64,000 nt of DNA from Candidatus Aminicenantes bacterium UBA2190 (GTDB lineage Bacteria; Acidobacteriota; Aminicenantia; UBA2199). The notes under the pieces were generated by a model. That model did not search any database, was not told the origin of the DNA, and saw only the letters and a list, made by a program, of their open reading frames with translations. Shown here one piece after another: positions 42,926 to 54,037 of this stretch (positions are counted from its first letter, which is position 1; every line of letters starts with the position of its first letter). Made by a program: the position numbers and the translations under genes. Location: assembly GCA_002335385.1 (NCBI GenBank), contig DCVK01000023.1, forward strand, positions 1,531-65,530, given 5' to 3'.

Positions 42926-44953
42926 TCACCTGGCCAGCTTCAAGGCGCGGTCCACCGCCTTCAGCAGGGGCTTGACCGAGATCTCCGCGCCTACCGCGTT
43001 CTTCATCCACAGCTGCGGCAGGATATTGCCGGCAGCGCACATGCGCTCCATCTCCGGCCCCAGCACCTTGTCCTTGAGGAAGTCCTCGAGCTGGAACTGG
43101 ATGACGTTGCCCAGTGCGTAGTGCGGCAGGTACAGCGTGTAGTCGATCATGTGCGAGTAGATGGCGAGGATCTCCTGGTCGCGGACGCCGAAGACCGGCG
43201 CGAAATACCGGTTCCATACCTTCCTGGCGATGGCGATGACCGCCTCTTTCAGCTCGGCAGGCGTCGCCTGCGGGTGGTCGTAAAGCCAGTGCCAGGCCTG
43301 CATGTCCACCAGCGAGACGCCCATGATCTCAAAGGCGCCCCAGAAGGTGTCCAGCACCTTCAGTTCGCGCTGGCGCGGGTCCGGCTCGCGGACGCCGAGC
43401 AGCTCCAGGTCGCGCTCCTGGAAGATATAGGCGAAAGCCTCGGTGACGGCGCCGTTGGGCACGCCGGCCAGCGCATAGTGGTCGATAAGGTGCAGGTCGA
43501 GGACATTTTCCACCGCGTGCCCGAATTCGTGCAGGGCGATATTGTAGCCCTTGTAGTTCATGCCGTCGGCGGGGACGCGGGTGCGCAGCCGGGATTTGAA
43601 CTTCCGTGACTGGGCCTGGGCGTTGTGGCCTGAGCCGCGCGCCGGGTCGACCTGCACGCGGGCGGAGATATAGGCGGCGCGTTCCGGGCTGAAGCCGAGG
43701 CGGGTCAGGATGCTCGGCAGGTCCTTCTCGAAGGCGGCGGCATCGGGATATCTTTCCCTGACGATCCGGTCGAGTTCCTCCTCGGGGAGTTCGGCGCCGG
43801 TGCGCAGCCCGGGATACCAGATGTCGAAAGGCTGCAGCTTGCGGCCCAGGCGCCGGCGGATCAGGTCGGCCACCTTCCTGACCTGCGGCGATGAGAGGAG
43901 CTCCCGGAACATGGCCTCCACTTCCTTCTCGGGGATCTCGCGCCCGACCTCGAAGCTGCGGCGGATGTGGTCGGGGTAAAGCGGGCTGTGGGGGTCGATC
44001 CGGCGCATGGCCTGGAAGGTGTCCAGGAAGGTCTTGTAGCGGGTATCGGGCTCGGGCACGGTTTCGACGGGTTGGCCCTGGTCGAAGACGGCGTTGCTGA
44101 ACGGGTTCCATTGGTAGCGTCCGGAGTTGATCATCACTTCGGGGATCTCCTGGCGGATGATGCGCTCCATGATGCGGAAGATGGCGTGCTGCTTGACCAG
44201 CGCGCCCGGTTCGGCATAGCGCGCCTTCAGCTCGTCACGAATGCCCCAGTGGCAGATCAGCTTCATGTCGGCGGGGAACAGCGGCAGGCTGTTGGGGCCC
44301 AGGATGCTGCCCATGAAAATGTTGTAGTCGGAGATGTAGCGTCCGGCGGCGGCCATGCGCGTGGAGATCTCCTGGCTCACCGCGGCGGGCAGGCGGGTGG
44401 TGTTGCTGCCGGCGGTGCGGGCATAGGCCCACTGCCGGCGGTCCCAGCCCGCCCCCTGGGCGATCTTCTCCTCCAGCGTGTAGACGGGGAAGTTCAGCAG
44501 CGAGATGAAGGCCGTCCGGTTGCGGAACATGTCGTCGGAGAGGTGGGCGGCGGGGTCGAAGCCGTTCATGGCGATGTCCAGCGGCGTGATCTCGCCCCAG
44601 TCGAGGTCGACCGGCTGGTCCTTGTCCATGGCCATCTCGCCGAAGTGGCCGCCGATGGCCTCGCTGTAGAATTCCAGCTTCTTGAACAGGGCTTCCCGGG
44701 GCGCGCCGGCGGCGACGAAGTTCTCCCGGCAGAAGGCGGCGAACCCGTCGGGGCCGCCGTCGCTCTCGAGCCACAGCCCGGCGACCTGCTCGACGCCGCG
44801 CTCGACGCGGAATTTCTCATTTTCGCCGAATTTCTGCAGCAGCTCGGCCTTGACTTTCTGAGCCGCGGCGTCATCGATGAAGCGGGCCGGCGCCTGGGCG
44901 GCGAGCATGGCCGCCAGGGCGAGGACCAGCGTGAACATAAAAAACTTTTTCAT
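42926..44953 (-). CDS. Secreted zinc metallopeptidase (HEXXH gluzincin, distantly M3-like), family unclear
   Basis: Has a signal peptide. The motif HEFGHAVE is followed about 25 residues later by a Glu (TEAFAYIF). The start at 44953 has GGAGG upstream. Confidence 0.65.
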   Translation of the reverse strand: MKKFFMFTLVLALAAMLAAQAPARFIDDAAAQKVKAELLQKFGENEKFRVERGVEQVAGLWLESDGGPDGFAAFCRENFVAAGAPREALFKKLEFYSEAIGGHFGEMAMDKDQPVDLDWGEITPLDIAMNGFDPAAHLSDDMFRNRTAFISLLNFPVYTLEEKIAQGAGWDRRQWAYARTAGSNTTRLPAAVSQEISTRMAAAGRYISDYNIFMGSILGPNSLPLFPADMKLICHWGIRDELKARYAEPGALVKQHAIFRIMERIIRQEIPEVMINSGRYQWNPFSNAVFDQGQPVETVPEPDTRYKTFLDTFQAMRRIDPHSPLYPDHIRRSFEVGREIPEKEVEAMFRELLSSPQVRKVADLIRRRLGRKLQPFDIWYPGLRTGAELPEEELDRIVRERYPDAAAFEKDLPSILTRLGFSPERAAYISARVQVDPARGSGHNAQAQSRKFKSRLRTRVPADGMNYKGYNIALHEFGHAVENVLDLHLIDHYALAGVPNGAVTEAFAYIFQERDLELLGVREPDPRQRELKVLDTFWGAFEIMGVSLVDMQAWHWLYDHPQATPAELKEAVIAIARKVWNRYFAPVFGVRDQEILAIYSHMIDYTLYLPHYALGNVIQFQLEDFLKDKVLGPEMERMCAAGNILPQLWMKNAVGAEISVKPLLKAVDRALKLAR

Positions 44954-45041
44954 GGGACACCTCCGGGAAAATCGGTCTGACTGCCTGAACCTAACAGAAA
45001 GGACTTCTCTTGGCAAGCGCGCGGGAAAGAGAACGGTGGTT

Positions 45042-47096
45042 TTACCAGATGCTCGGGCGCTGCTCGGGAGTACGGAACAGCTTGTCTCCCGGTTGGATGT
45101 CGAAGGTCTTGTAGAATTCGGGGACGTTAAAGGGGGCGCCGTTGACGCGGAACTCGCCCCAGGGGTGGACGTCCTCCTGGATTTTTTTCTTGAGGGCCTC
45201 GGGGCGGATCTTGCCGCGCCACACCTGGGCGAACGAGAGAAAGAAGCGCTGGTCGCCGCTGAAGCCGTCGATGGCCTCGGGCGCTTGCTTGCCCTGCAGC
45301 GAGAGGTGATAGCCGGCCAGCGACATGGTCAGCCCGGCATAGTCGGCGATGTTCTCGCCCAAGCTGAGCTCGCCGTTGACGTGCACGCCGTCCTCGCTGG
45401 TAAAAGCATTGTACTGCTCGACCAGCAGCGTGGTCTGCCCCTTGAACTTCTCGCTGTCCTCCGGTGTCCACCAGTCGCGCATGTTGCCGTCCTTGTCGAA
45501 CCAGCGCCCCTGGTCGTCGAAGCCGTGGCTCATTTCGTGGCCGATGGCCATGCCGATGGCGCCGTAGTTGACCGCGTCGTCGGCGTCGGCGAAGAAAAAA
45601 GGCGGCTGCAGGATGCCGGCCGGGAAGATCATCTTGTTGTACACGGGGTTGTAGCCGGCGTTGACGATCTGCGGCGCCATGTCCCATTTGGTCGCGTCCA
45701 CCGGCTTGCCGAGCTGGTCGAGGTTCTTTTGAAACGCGAACCGCCCGGAGCGGCGCAGGTTGTCCACCAGGGAATCGCGGCCGATCTCCAGCTTGCCGTA
45801 GTCCTCCCACCGGTCGGGATAGCCGACCTCGATGCGCATGGCCAGCAGCTTTTCCAGGGCTTGCTGCCGGGTCTTGTCGCTCATCCAGGAGATCCGGCGC
45901 AGGCGCGCCTCGAAAGCCTTCTTGATGTTGGCCGCCAGCTCGTTCATGCGCTGCTTGCAGGAGGGCGGGAAGTATTTCTCGACGTACATCCGGCCCACCA
46001 GCTGGTCGAGGCTGCCGCTGGTCAGCGAGGTCATGCGTTTCCAGCGCTCTTCGATCTGCTGCGTGCCTTCCATGGCGCGGGAAAAGAAGTTGAAGTTCTC
46101 GTTGACGAAGGCCGAGCTCAGGTAGGGAGCATAGGCGGTGAGAGTCTGCCAGCGCAGGTAGGTCTTCCAGTCGGCGAGGGGGACCTCCCTGAGCATGATC
46201 CCCATCTCCTTGAAGAACCCGGGAGCGGTGACAATGAAGTCGGCGATCTCCGGCCGGCCGATGCTCTGGAGGTAGCGGCTCCAGTCGAAACCGGGGCTGA
46301 GCTCCTGCAGCTGAGCCCGCGACATCTTGTTGTACAAGGCGGGTATGTTGCGCATCTCGACCCGCGTCTTGGAGGCCTTGGCCAGGCGGGTCTCAATGGC
46401 CATGATCGTCCGGGCCGCGGCCGCGGCCTGCCCGGGGTCGTCGCCCAGCAGCTTCAGCATGGCGGTCATGTGGGCCAGGTACTGCTCGCGCAGCTTGCGG
46501 GCGTCAGCGTCGTCGCGGGTGTAGTAGTCGCGGTCGGGCATGCCCAGGCCGGACTGGGCCAGGTAGTAGGCGTAGGCCTTGGAGTTCATCAGGTCGACTT
46601 CGACGCCGGCGCCGAACAGGACCGGGAAGTTCTCGCAGTGGCAGCCGGCGATCAGGTCCTGGATCCCGGTCAGGTCCGTGGTCCCGGCGATGCGGCCAAG
46701 GTCGGCGTTCAGGGGCGCGGCGCCCAGTGATTCGATCCTGGCCTCGTCCATGGCCATGGCATAGAAGTCGCCGACTTTCTGCGCCGCCGTGCTCCTGGCC
46801 GCTGTGGCCGAAACCGCGGCCAGGCTCGCGAAGAGCTCGCGCAGCCGGGCGCGGTTCTGCTCGCGCACCTGGTCGAAGGCGTCGTACTCGCTCTTGTCGG
46901 CGGGCATGGCCAGGCTGCGGATCCAGGCGCCGTTGGCGAAGCGGAAGAAGTCGTCGCCGGGGCGGACCGCGAGGTCCATGTTCTTTTTATCCAATGCCGG
47001 CGGCTCGGCAGTGACCGGCAACAGGGCTGCGGAAAAACAGGCCAGGATAAGGCCGGTGGCCGCGATCATGAAGATGGAAGGGATACCGTGTTTCAT
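45042..47096 (-). CDS. M13 family metallopeptidase (neprilysin/PepO/ECE-like), secreted
   Basis: Carries the motifs NAGYNP, HEMSHGFDDQG and GENIADYAGL. AAGGAG lies upstream. Confidence 0.9.
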   Translation of the reverse strand: MKHGIPSIFMIAATGLILACFSAALLPVTAEPPALDKKNMDLAVRPGDDFFRFANGAWIRSLAMPADKSEYDAFDQVREQNRARLRELFASLAAVSATAARSTAAQKVGDFYAMAMDEARIESLGAAPLNADLGRIAGTTDLTGIQDLIAGCHCENFPVLFGAGVEVDLMNSKAYAYYLAQSGLGMPDRDYYTRDDADARKLREQYLAHMTAMLKLLGDDPGQAAAAARTIMAIETRLAKASKTRVEMRNIPALYNKMSRAQLQELSPGFDWSRYLQSIGRPEIADFIVTAPGFFKEMGIMLREVPLADWKTYLRWQTLTAYAPYLSSAFVNENFNFFSRAMEGTQQIEERWKRMTSLTSGSLDQLVGRMYVEKYFPPSCKQRMNELAANIKKAFEARLRRISWMSDKTRQQALEKLLAMRIEVGYPDRWEDYGKLEIGRDSLVDNLRRSGRFAFQKNLDQLGKPVDATKWDMAPQIVNAGYNPVYNKMIFPAGILQPPFFFADADDAVNYGAIGMAIGHEMSHGFDDQGRWFDKDGNMRDWWTPEDSEKFKGQTTLLVEQYNAFTSEDGVHVNGELSLGENIADYAGLTMSLAGYHLSLQGKQAPEAIDGFSGDQRFFLSFAQVWRGKIRPEALKKKIQEDVHPWGEFRVNGAPFNVPEFYKTFDIQPGDKLFRTPEQRPSIW

Positions 47097-47191
47097 TTGC
47101 TTCTCCTTTCAGGCGTCAAATGCCAGAAGACATATACGCCCTGCTCCGGAAAAAAGTTGTGCGTGACCGCTGCGGCCTGAAGGAAGAACGC

Positions 47192-47215
47192 GGAGGCGGC
47201 CCGAAGGCCGCCCCC
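47192..47215 (-). terminator. GC-rich stem-loop downstream of the barrel gene (weak U-tract)
   Basis: The minus strand reads GGGGGCGGCC-TTCG-GGCCGCCTCC, about 115 nt after the stop at 47331. It is followed by GCGTTCTTCC. Confidence 0.3.
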
Positions 47216-47330
47216 GGCGGATCTATGGAAAGGGGACCGACAGATGACCGTGATCGGGGCCCGGGAGCGGCGGAACTCCATGCCGCCACCTCCTGACGAT
47301 GATACGTGAGATCGGCGCAAAGGTTACCAC

Positions 47331-49544
47331 TCAGAACTGGTAGCGGTAGCTGACCTTGAAGAACAGGCTCTGGCGCGTCTGGTAGTAGCGGTCGCCGGTC
47401 ACGCCGCGCTGCCAGCCGCCGCCGTTCCAGGACTGGTTCTCGTTCAGCGAGCCGTAGCCGAGATAGATGACCGTGCCGGGGATGTAGGTGAACGAGGCCA
47501 GAAAATCGCCCAGGACGCGCTGGTAGAACGTGTCATACTGGACCAAGCCGCGCACGAAGAGCTTCGGGTTGAACTGGTAGGTCAGGCGGCCGCGCCAGAT
47601 CCCCTGGTCGTAGACCTTTTCGCCGGACTCCGGGCGGCGAAAGCGGCTGCGGGAGTGCTCGGCGAACAGGTTCAGGTTCTTGGTGGGCTGCAGGGTGAAG
47701 TTGGCGTGGAACTGAGTGCGGTGGCCCAAAAAGGGGTCGACCGGGTCGTAGTAGATGGCGTTGCCGAAGCCGTAGCAGGAATGGAGATTCAGCCATTTGA
47801 ACGGCTGCAGGTTGACGCTCAGTTGGGCGGTTGAGCGCTGGAAGGCGCGGCCGGCCCAGCACTCCTGCCCCAGGTAATGGTAGCCGGCGAGTTGTCCCTT
47901 GAGGATGAAGTTGGCCCGGGCTTCGAACATGAGCTCCGTGTCGTCCATGCCGCTGACCTTGTCGCGGATGACGGCGCCGTACACCGTGGGGGTGAAGCCG
48001 AGCAGCCATGGGAGCTTCTTGGCATCGGGGACGAAGCGGTGCTGCAGGTAGAACTTGGCGGCGGTGATGCCGCTGCGCTGGAAGTAGGCGGTGTCCATCT
48101 GAAAACCGGGGGCGATGTCCTCGACCATGGCCAGGACGGCGGAGTTCCCCTTGGAGAACGCGTATTCGGCGGTCAGGTAGCCGCCGTCATTTTCTCCGCC
48201 CGCGTCGGGGCGGTTGGAGAACGACTGGATGTAATTGCCCATCAGCTGGTGGTTCTTGAGGAAGCGGAAGGAGAAATCGGCGGCCAGGGCGCGGTTGTAT
48301 TCCTCGCCGAACTCGCGGCCGCTGTAGAGCAGGCCGACGTAGTTGTCGGTGCCCAACCCCAGCTTGCCGCGGCCGATCCAGTAGGTCGCCATGCGTCCCA
48401 GGTCGGGGTTCTCCTCGCCGTCCCAGGGATTGCCCGGGGAGCGGTCGGCCGAAGCCAGCAGGGCGAACGAGCCCCGTCCCTGCTCGCCGGTCAGGCGCAG
48501 CCCCCACTGCGGATCGACGACGGCGCGCGTGTGCACCGGCAAGGCCATGTTGCCCAGGCCGTCGCCCACGCCGCCCAGGTCGAACAGGTTGCCCGCCTCC
48601 ATGAAGAAGGGGCGCTTCTCCGAGTAGAGCACCGGGTAACGCTGGTTGACCGTGACCTGCATGGCGTCGCTTTCCACCTGGCTGAAGTCGGGGTTCAGCG
48701 TGGCCTCGGCCACGATCGAGGAGGTGATGCCGTACTTGAGGGTAAAGCCCAGGTCGCGGGTCTGGTTTGCTCCGGACCAGGCGGTTGGCGTGAGACGGTC
48801 CCAGCCCGAGGTATACGTGAACGAGGGCAGGGCTTCCAGCACCAGCGGCCGCGACAGCTCGGCGATGCGCACTTCGGCCTGCGAACCGCCGATGCTCTGC
48901 CCCGGCACCAGGTGCGGCCAGGAGCCGCTCATGCCCAGACGGCTGACGCGTCGCCAGAAGACGACCCCCATGCGCACGTCCTTGCCGCTGGCGAAACGGA
49001 TATTCTTCAGGGGCTGGCGGATCTCGACGATATAGCCGTCGGCCACGACCTTGCCCGCGCTGTACCATACCCAGTCGGTGGAGGAGTCCTCCATGTCGCC
49101 GGTGCGGAAAGCGTCGGCCTGGACGCCGCTGGGATTGACGAACAATTCATAGCCATACTTCTTGCCGCCCACGGTGTCCAGCGACAACCCGACCCAGTCA
49201 TCCTCGAAGATGCCGTCGCGCTTGGTCAGCGAGGTCTTGATCTGGTCGGGGCTGCTGTCCAGGCAGTGAAAGGCGAAATAGAGGTTCTGGTCGTCGTAGG
49301 CCAGGTAGGCGCGGGTGCGCTGCGGCAGTTCGTTGCCGTTGACCGGGTTGAAGGTGATCCAAGGGTCGTCGACCACGGCTGCGTTCTTCCATGCCACGTC
49401 GTCCAGTGAGCCGTCCAGCACCGGCGGCGTCGCGGCCTTCACCAGTTCCAACGGACGGATATCCTGCAGGATATGACCGTTGGCCGCGGCGGCCGACCCG
49501 GCCAGCAGCATGATCAGGATGATCCAAAAAAACGCCTTTTTCAT
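47331..49544 (-). CDS. Outer-membrane beta-barrel protein with an N-terminal CBM9/DOMON-like domain (DUF5916-like)
   Basis: Has a signal peptide and a CBM9-like N-terminus (PPVLDGSLDDVAWKNA...YLAYDDQNLYFAFHC). The C-terminal region has long alternating beta-strand character and ends ...YRYQF. Confidence 0.7.
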   Translation of the reverse strand: MKKAFFWIILIMLLAGSAAAANGHILQDIRPLELVKAATPPVLDGSLDDVAWKNAAVVDDPWITFNPVNGNELPQRTRAYLAYDDQNLYFAFHCLDSSPDQIKTSLTKRDGIFEDDWVGLSLDTVGGKKYGYELFVNPSGVQADAFRTGDMEDSSTDWVWYSAGKVVADGYIVEIRQPLKNIRFASGKDVRMGVVFWRRVSRLGMSGSWPHLVPGQSIGGSQAEVRIAELSRPLVLEALPSFTYTSGWDRLTPTAWSGANQTRDLGFTLKYGITSSIVAEATLNPDFSQVESDAMQVTVNQRYPVLYSEKRPFFMEAGNLFDLGGVGDGLGNMALPVHTRAVVDPQWGLRLTGEQGRGSFALLASADRSPGNPWDGEENPDLGRMATYWIGRGKLGLGTDNYVGLLYSGREFGEEYNRALAADFSFRFLKNHQLMGNYIQSFSNRPDAGGENDGGYLTAEYAFSKGNSAVLAMVEDIAPGFQMDTAYFQRSGITAAKFYLQHRFVPDAKKLPWLLGFTPTVYGAVIRDKVSGMDDTELMFEARANFILKGQLAGYHYLGQECWAGRAFQRSTAQLSVNLQPFKWLNLHSCYGFGNAIYYDPVDPFLGHRTQFHANFTLQPTKNLNLFAEHSRSRFRRPESGEKVYDQGIWRGRLTYQFNPKLFVRGLVQYDTFYQRVLGDFLASFTYIPGTVIYLGYGSLNENQSWNGGGWQRGVTGDRYYQTRQSLFFKVSYRYQF

Positions 49545-49711
49545 GTTTCCTCCGGCGTCTTCCACCCCTATAACGTGCGAACCGGGGTTGAAGTTACACC
49601 TTGAATACGCTGAAAATAAACGTAATGCATTCAGACTTGGGTTCGATTTTTCATTTTAGGCCTAAAGTTTGAGCGGGCTGGAGAAAAGGGGAGAGTGCGT
49701 ATCATAAGAAC

Positions 49712-49757
49712 GGCGGCGGGGATTCGTCCCGCGTCAGCGGGATTCCTCCCCGCCGCC
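49712..49757 (-). terminator. Putative intrinsic terminator after pepF
   Basis: An 11-bp GC stem (GGCGGCGGGGA/TCCCCGCCGCC) encloses an inner hairpin. It begins 15 nt after the stop at 49772, followed by GTTCTTAT. Confidence 0.45.
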
Positions 49758-49771
49758 TAAGGGGGGAGGGA

Positions 49772-51697
49772 TCAGAATTTCTTCTGCTTCTTCAGCCGGG
49801 CGACGATCTTCTCCATCTCGCCGACCAGGCTGTCGAAGCGCTTCAGGGCCGCGACGTAGGGCTCGGGCCGGGCCATGTCCACGCCGGCCTTCCTCAGGAT
49901 GTTCAGCGGGTAGTCGCTGCCGCCCGCCTTCAGTACCTCGAGGTAACCGTCGCGCGCATCGCGGTCGCCCCGGGCCACGCTGTCGCTGAGCGCCAGCGAG
50001 GCGATGATGCCGGTACTGTACTGGAACACGTAGTAGTTCATGTAGAAGTGGGGAATGCCGCTCCATTCCGACTGGATGTAGTCGTCGACGCGGCAGACCC
50101 CCTGGTCGTGGCCGTAATACTTGCGGGTCAGTTCCAGGTAGGCGGCGTTGAGCCAGTCGGCGGTCAGGGTCTGTCCCGCTTCCACGCGCCGGTGCATGGC
50201 CAGCTCGAACTCGGCGAACAGGGTCTGGCGGAAGAGGGTGCCGCGGAAGCCGTCCAGGTAATTGTCCAGGATGTACAGCTTGAAGAGGTCGTCCTTTTCG
50301 CTTTTCAGCAGGTGATGCATCAGCATGTGCTCGTTGAAGGTCGAGGCGATCTCGGCCAGGAAGGTCGTGTAGTTCGCGGTGGGGAAGGGCTGGGCCAGGT
50401 CCGAGAAATGGGAGTGCATGGCGTGGCCGAGCTCGTGGGCGGTGGTGGAGACGGCGTCGTAATCGCCGTTGTAGTTGAGCTTGATGTAGGGATGGACGCC
50501 GTAGACGCCGCCCGAATAGGCGCCGCTCTCCTTGCCCTTGTTGGGGTAGAGGTCCATCCAGCGCTCGTCGAAGGCGCGGCGCAGGGCGGCGGCATAGACG
50601 GGGCCCAGCGGCTTCAGCGCCGCCTCGATGGCCCGGCGTGCCTCGGCGAAGGTGAAGGTCTTGTCCACCGCCTGCACCGCCGAGGCGTAGACGTCCTCGT
50701 AGCGGAATTCCGGCAGGCCGAGCATTTTCTGCTTGAGAGCCAGGTAGCGCTGCAGCGCCGGCAGGAAGGCGTGCACCTGGCGGATCAGCTGCTGATAGAC
50801 CTCCGGGGAGATGTCCTCGGAGAAGAGGCGTGCCGCCAGGCAGTCGGGATGCTGGCGGATCTGGGCGTTGAACAGATGCGCCTTGACGGCGCCGTCCTGC
50901 AGGATGGCGTAGGTATTCTCGAATTTCTTCTGGTTCTCCCAGAAGGACTTCATGACCAGGGTGCGGTCGGCGGCGTTCTTGGAGCCGCGCAGGCGCTGGT
51001 AGGCCGCCTGGTCGAGGAGGACTTTTTCCCCGTCGCCCAGGGTGACCTCGGTGCGCGGGGCCTCCACATTGTTCAGCATGCCCGAGGCGTCGGCGGGGAC
51101 GCCGGCGAACAGGCCGGTGAGCGCGGCGATGCGCTGCTGCTCGCTGGGCAGCACGTGCTCCTTCTCGCGCAGGATGCTCTCGATACCGAAGCGATAGGGG
51201 GCCAGCCCGGGCTCGGCCTGGAGAAAGGCGGTGAACGTCTCCGCGCCCAGGGCGAGGACGTCGGGCTGCATGAAGGAGAGTTTGGAGCTCATCTGCACGA
51301 AGCCGCTGCGGATCTCCCCGAGCATGGCCTGGAAGCGGGTGTTGCCCATGTCGGTGTTGGACTGGTGGCTGGCGTAGGAATACAGCCTCGTCCCCCTCAG
51401 CTCGATGTCGCTGACCAGGTCGAGCAGCGCCTTCATGGCGGCGGGGGTCTTCGTCCAGCCTTCGGCCGCTTCGTCGATGCGGGCGATGTCCCCGATCACG
51501 GCCTCCTTTTCGGCCAGCCAGTCGGACTCGGCGGCATAAAGGTCCTCGATCTTCCAGGTGTGCTCCACGGGGACCTGGCTGCGCTCCATCAGGGAATAAT
51601 CGGGGATTTTCTTCACGTCATCGTCCGCCGCCGCCGCCGCCGGCGAAAGCAGCACGGCGCAAACGGCCAGGAAAGCCAAGGGCATCCTCTTGTTCAT
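49772..51697 (-). CDS. pepF: M3B oligoendopeptidase F, with signal peptide
   Basis: Carries HELGHAMHSHF in PepF-type context and is 641 aa. GGAGAA lies upstream. Confidence 0.85.
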   Translation of the reverse strand: MNKRMPLAFLAVCAVLLSPAAAAADDDVKKIPDYSLMERSQVPVEHTWKIEDLYAAESDWLAEKEAVIGDIARIDEAAEGWTKTPAAMKALLDLVSDIELRGTRLYSYASHQSNTDMGNTRFQAMLGEIRSGFVQMSSKLSFMQPDVLALGAETFTAFLQAEPGLAPYRFGIESILREKEHVLPSEQQRIAALTGLFAGVPADASGMLNNVEAPRTEVTLGDGEKVLLDQAAYQRLRGSKNAADRTLVMKSFWENQKKFENTYAILQDGAVKAHLFNAQIRQHPDCLAARLFSEDISPEVYQQLIRQVHAFLPALQRYLALKQKMLGLPEFRYEDVYASAVQAVDKTFTFAEARRAIEAALKPLGPVYAAALRRAFDERWMDLYPNKGKESGAYSGGVYGVHPYIKLNYNGDYDAVSTTAHELGHAMHSHFSDLAQPFPTANYTTFLAEIASTFNEHMLMHHLLKSEKDDLFKLYILDNYLDGFRGTLFRQTLFAEFELAMHRRVEAGQTLTADWLNAAYLELTRKYYGHDQGVCRVDDYIQSEWSGIPHFYMNYYVFQYSTGIIASLALSDSVARGDRDARDGYLEVLKAGGSDYPLNILRKAGVDMARPEPYVAALKRFDSLVGEMEKIVARLKKQKKF

Positions 51698-52128
51698 GAT
51701 CGTTTCTCCTGTTCATGGATTCGCATTCTCTATATACGGAAAAAGAGACGCTGGGTTTCGTCAGCAGGGGACCCTCAGAACCGATCCCTGCCGGGATGCC
51801 TCCGGTATCTCCATCAGGGCTCGTCCGGACTGCTGGCGAACCGGGATCGCTTTCTGAAAACCGAAAAAACGGGCTGGAAGATCGTTGAAGACGGGAGCAG
51901 GCCGTGAAAGCGATCGCCGGGATTGAGAAATTCATGGAAATGTGATAAAAAACCGGGTGAGAGGCAGATGGCGAGCACGGCACCCTGCCAGAACGCGGCC
52001 GGATTCATCCGCCGGCATGGGCTTCAGGGCCTTCAGGCGCTGCGGTGACGCTTGTCGGCGAGTGCCGGCGCCCGGGCCGCAGATCCCGCGTCGGGACTGA
52101 AAACCCGAATTTGCGCAGCAGACTCTGA

Positions 52129-53088
<960 letters not shown>

Positions 53089-53200
53089 CCGTTGCGGGCG
53101 CAGCCGCCGACTCGCCCCCGGCCGCATTCAGCGCCGGGATCTTGATGGCTGTTTCGGGGAGAGGTCTTTCTCTCTGCCGGCGAAGCCGGGAAGCGGCGGC

Positions 53201-54037
53201 ATGAGCCTGTCGATCGTCACCCCCAGCCTGGACATGCTGCCCTTTCTGAAATGCTGCGCCGCGTCCGTCTCCGACCAGGAGGGCGTCCGGGCGGAGCACA
53301 TCGTCATCGACGGCGGCTCGCGCGACGGCACGGCGGACTGGCTGGCGGCGCAGACGGGGATCGGCTGGATCAGCGAGAAGGACCGCGGCATGTACGATGC
53401 CGTTAACAAGGGCCTGCGCCTGGCGGGCGGCGAACTGCTGGCCTACCTGAACTGCGATGAACAATACCTGCCGGGCACCCTGGCCTTCGCCAGGGAGTTC
53501 TTCGCGAATAATCCCGGCACGGACATCCTTTTCGGCGATTTCCTGGTCACGAGGCCCGATGGTTCCCTTGTCGCCTATCGCAAGTCCTTCGCGCCGAAGC
53601 CGCTGTACATTTACGCCTCCTTTCTCTACACCTACACCTGCACCATGTTCCTCCGCCGCCGTATCATCGATGACGGCTTCTGGTTCGATCCGCGGCTGCG
53701 CGTCGCCGGCGACGCCGAATGGCTGCTGCGCGTGCTGCGCGCGGGCTATGTCGCCCGGCACGTGCGGCGCTATCTGTCCGTTTTCATCGACAGCGGCGCC
53801 AACGCCAGCCGGGGAAAGGCAGCCCTGGCCGCGGCGCGGCGTGAATTCCGCCCGGGCATGCCTGCCTGGCTGCAGGCGGGCCGCTGGCTGGTCAACGGCG
53901 TGCGCCTGCTGGAAAAAGCCTGGCGTGGGAACTATCGCCAGGGGGCGCTGGAATACGACATGTATGCGGTCGGCGGCCCCGGGCGGCGCTCGCATTTCGC
54001 CCCGCGGAAAGCGACCTTCCGCTGGAGGAACGGCTGA
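53201..54037 (+). CDS. Family 2 glycosyltransferase
   Basis: Begins MSLSIVTPSLDM and carries HIVIDGGSRDGT and LNCDEQY (DxD-like). The longer track ORF upstream is low-complexity. Confidence 0.8.
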   Translation: MSLSIVTPSLDMLPFLKCCAASVSDQEGVRAEHIVIDGGSRDGTADWLAAQTGIGWISEKDRGMYDAVNKGLRLAGGELLAYLNCDEQYLPGTLAFAREFFANNPGTDILFGDFLVTRPDGSLVAYRKSFAPKPLYIYASFLYTYTCTMFLRRRIIDDGFWFDPRLRVAGDAEWLLRVLRAGYVARHVRRYLSVFIDSGANASRGKAALAAARREFRPGMPAWLQAGRWLVNGVRLLEKAWRGNYRQGALEYDMYAVGGPGRRSHFAPRKATFRWRNG

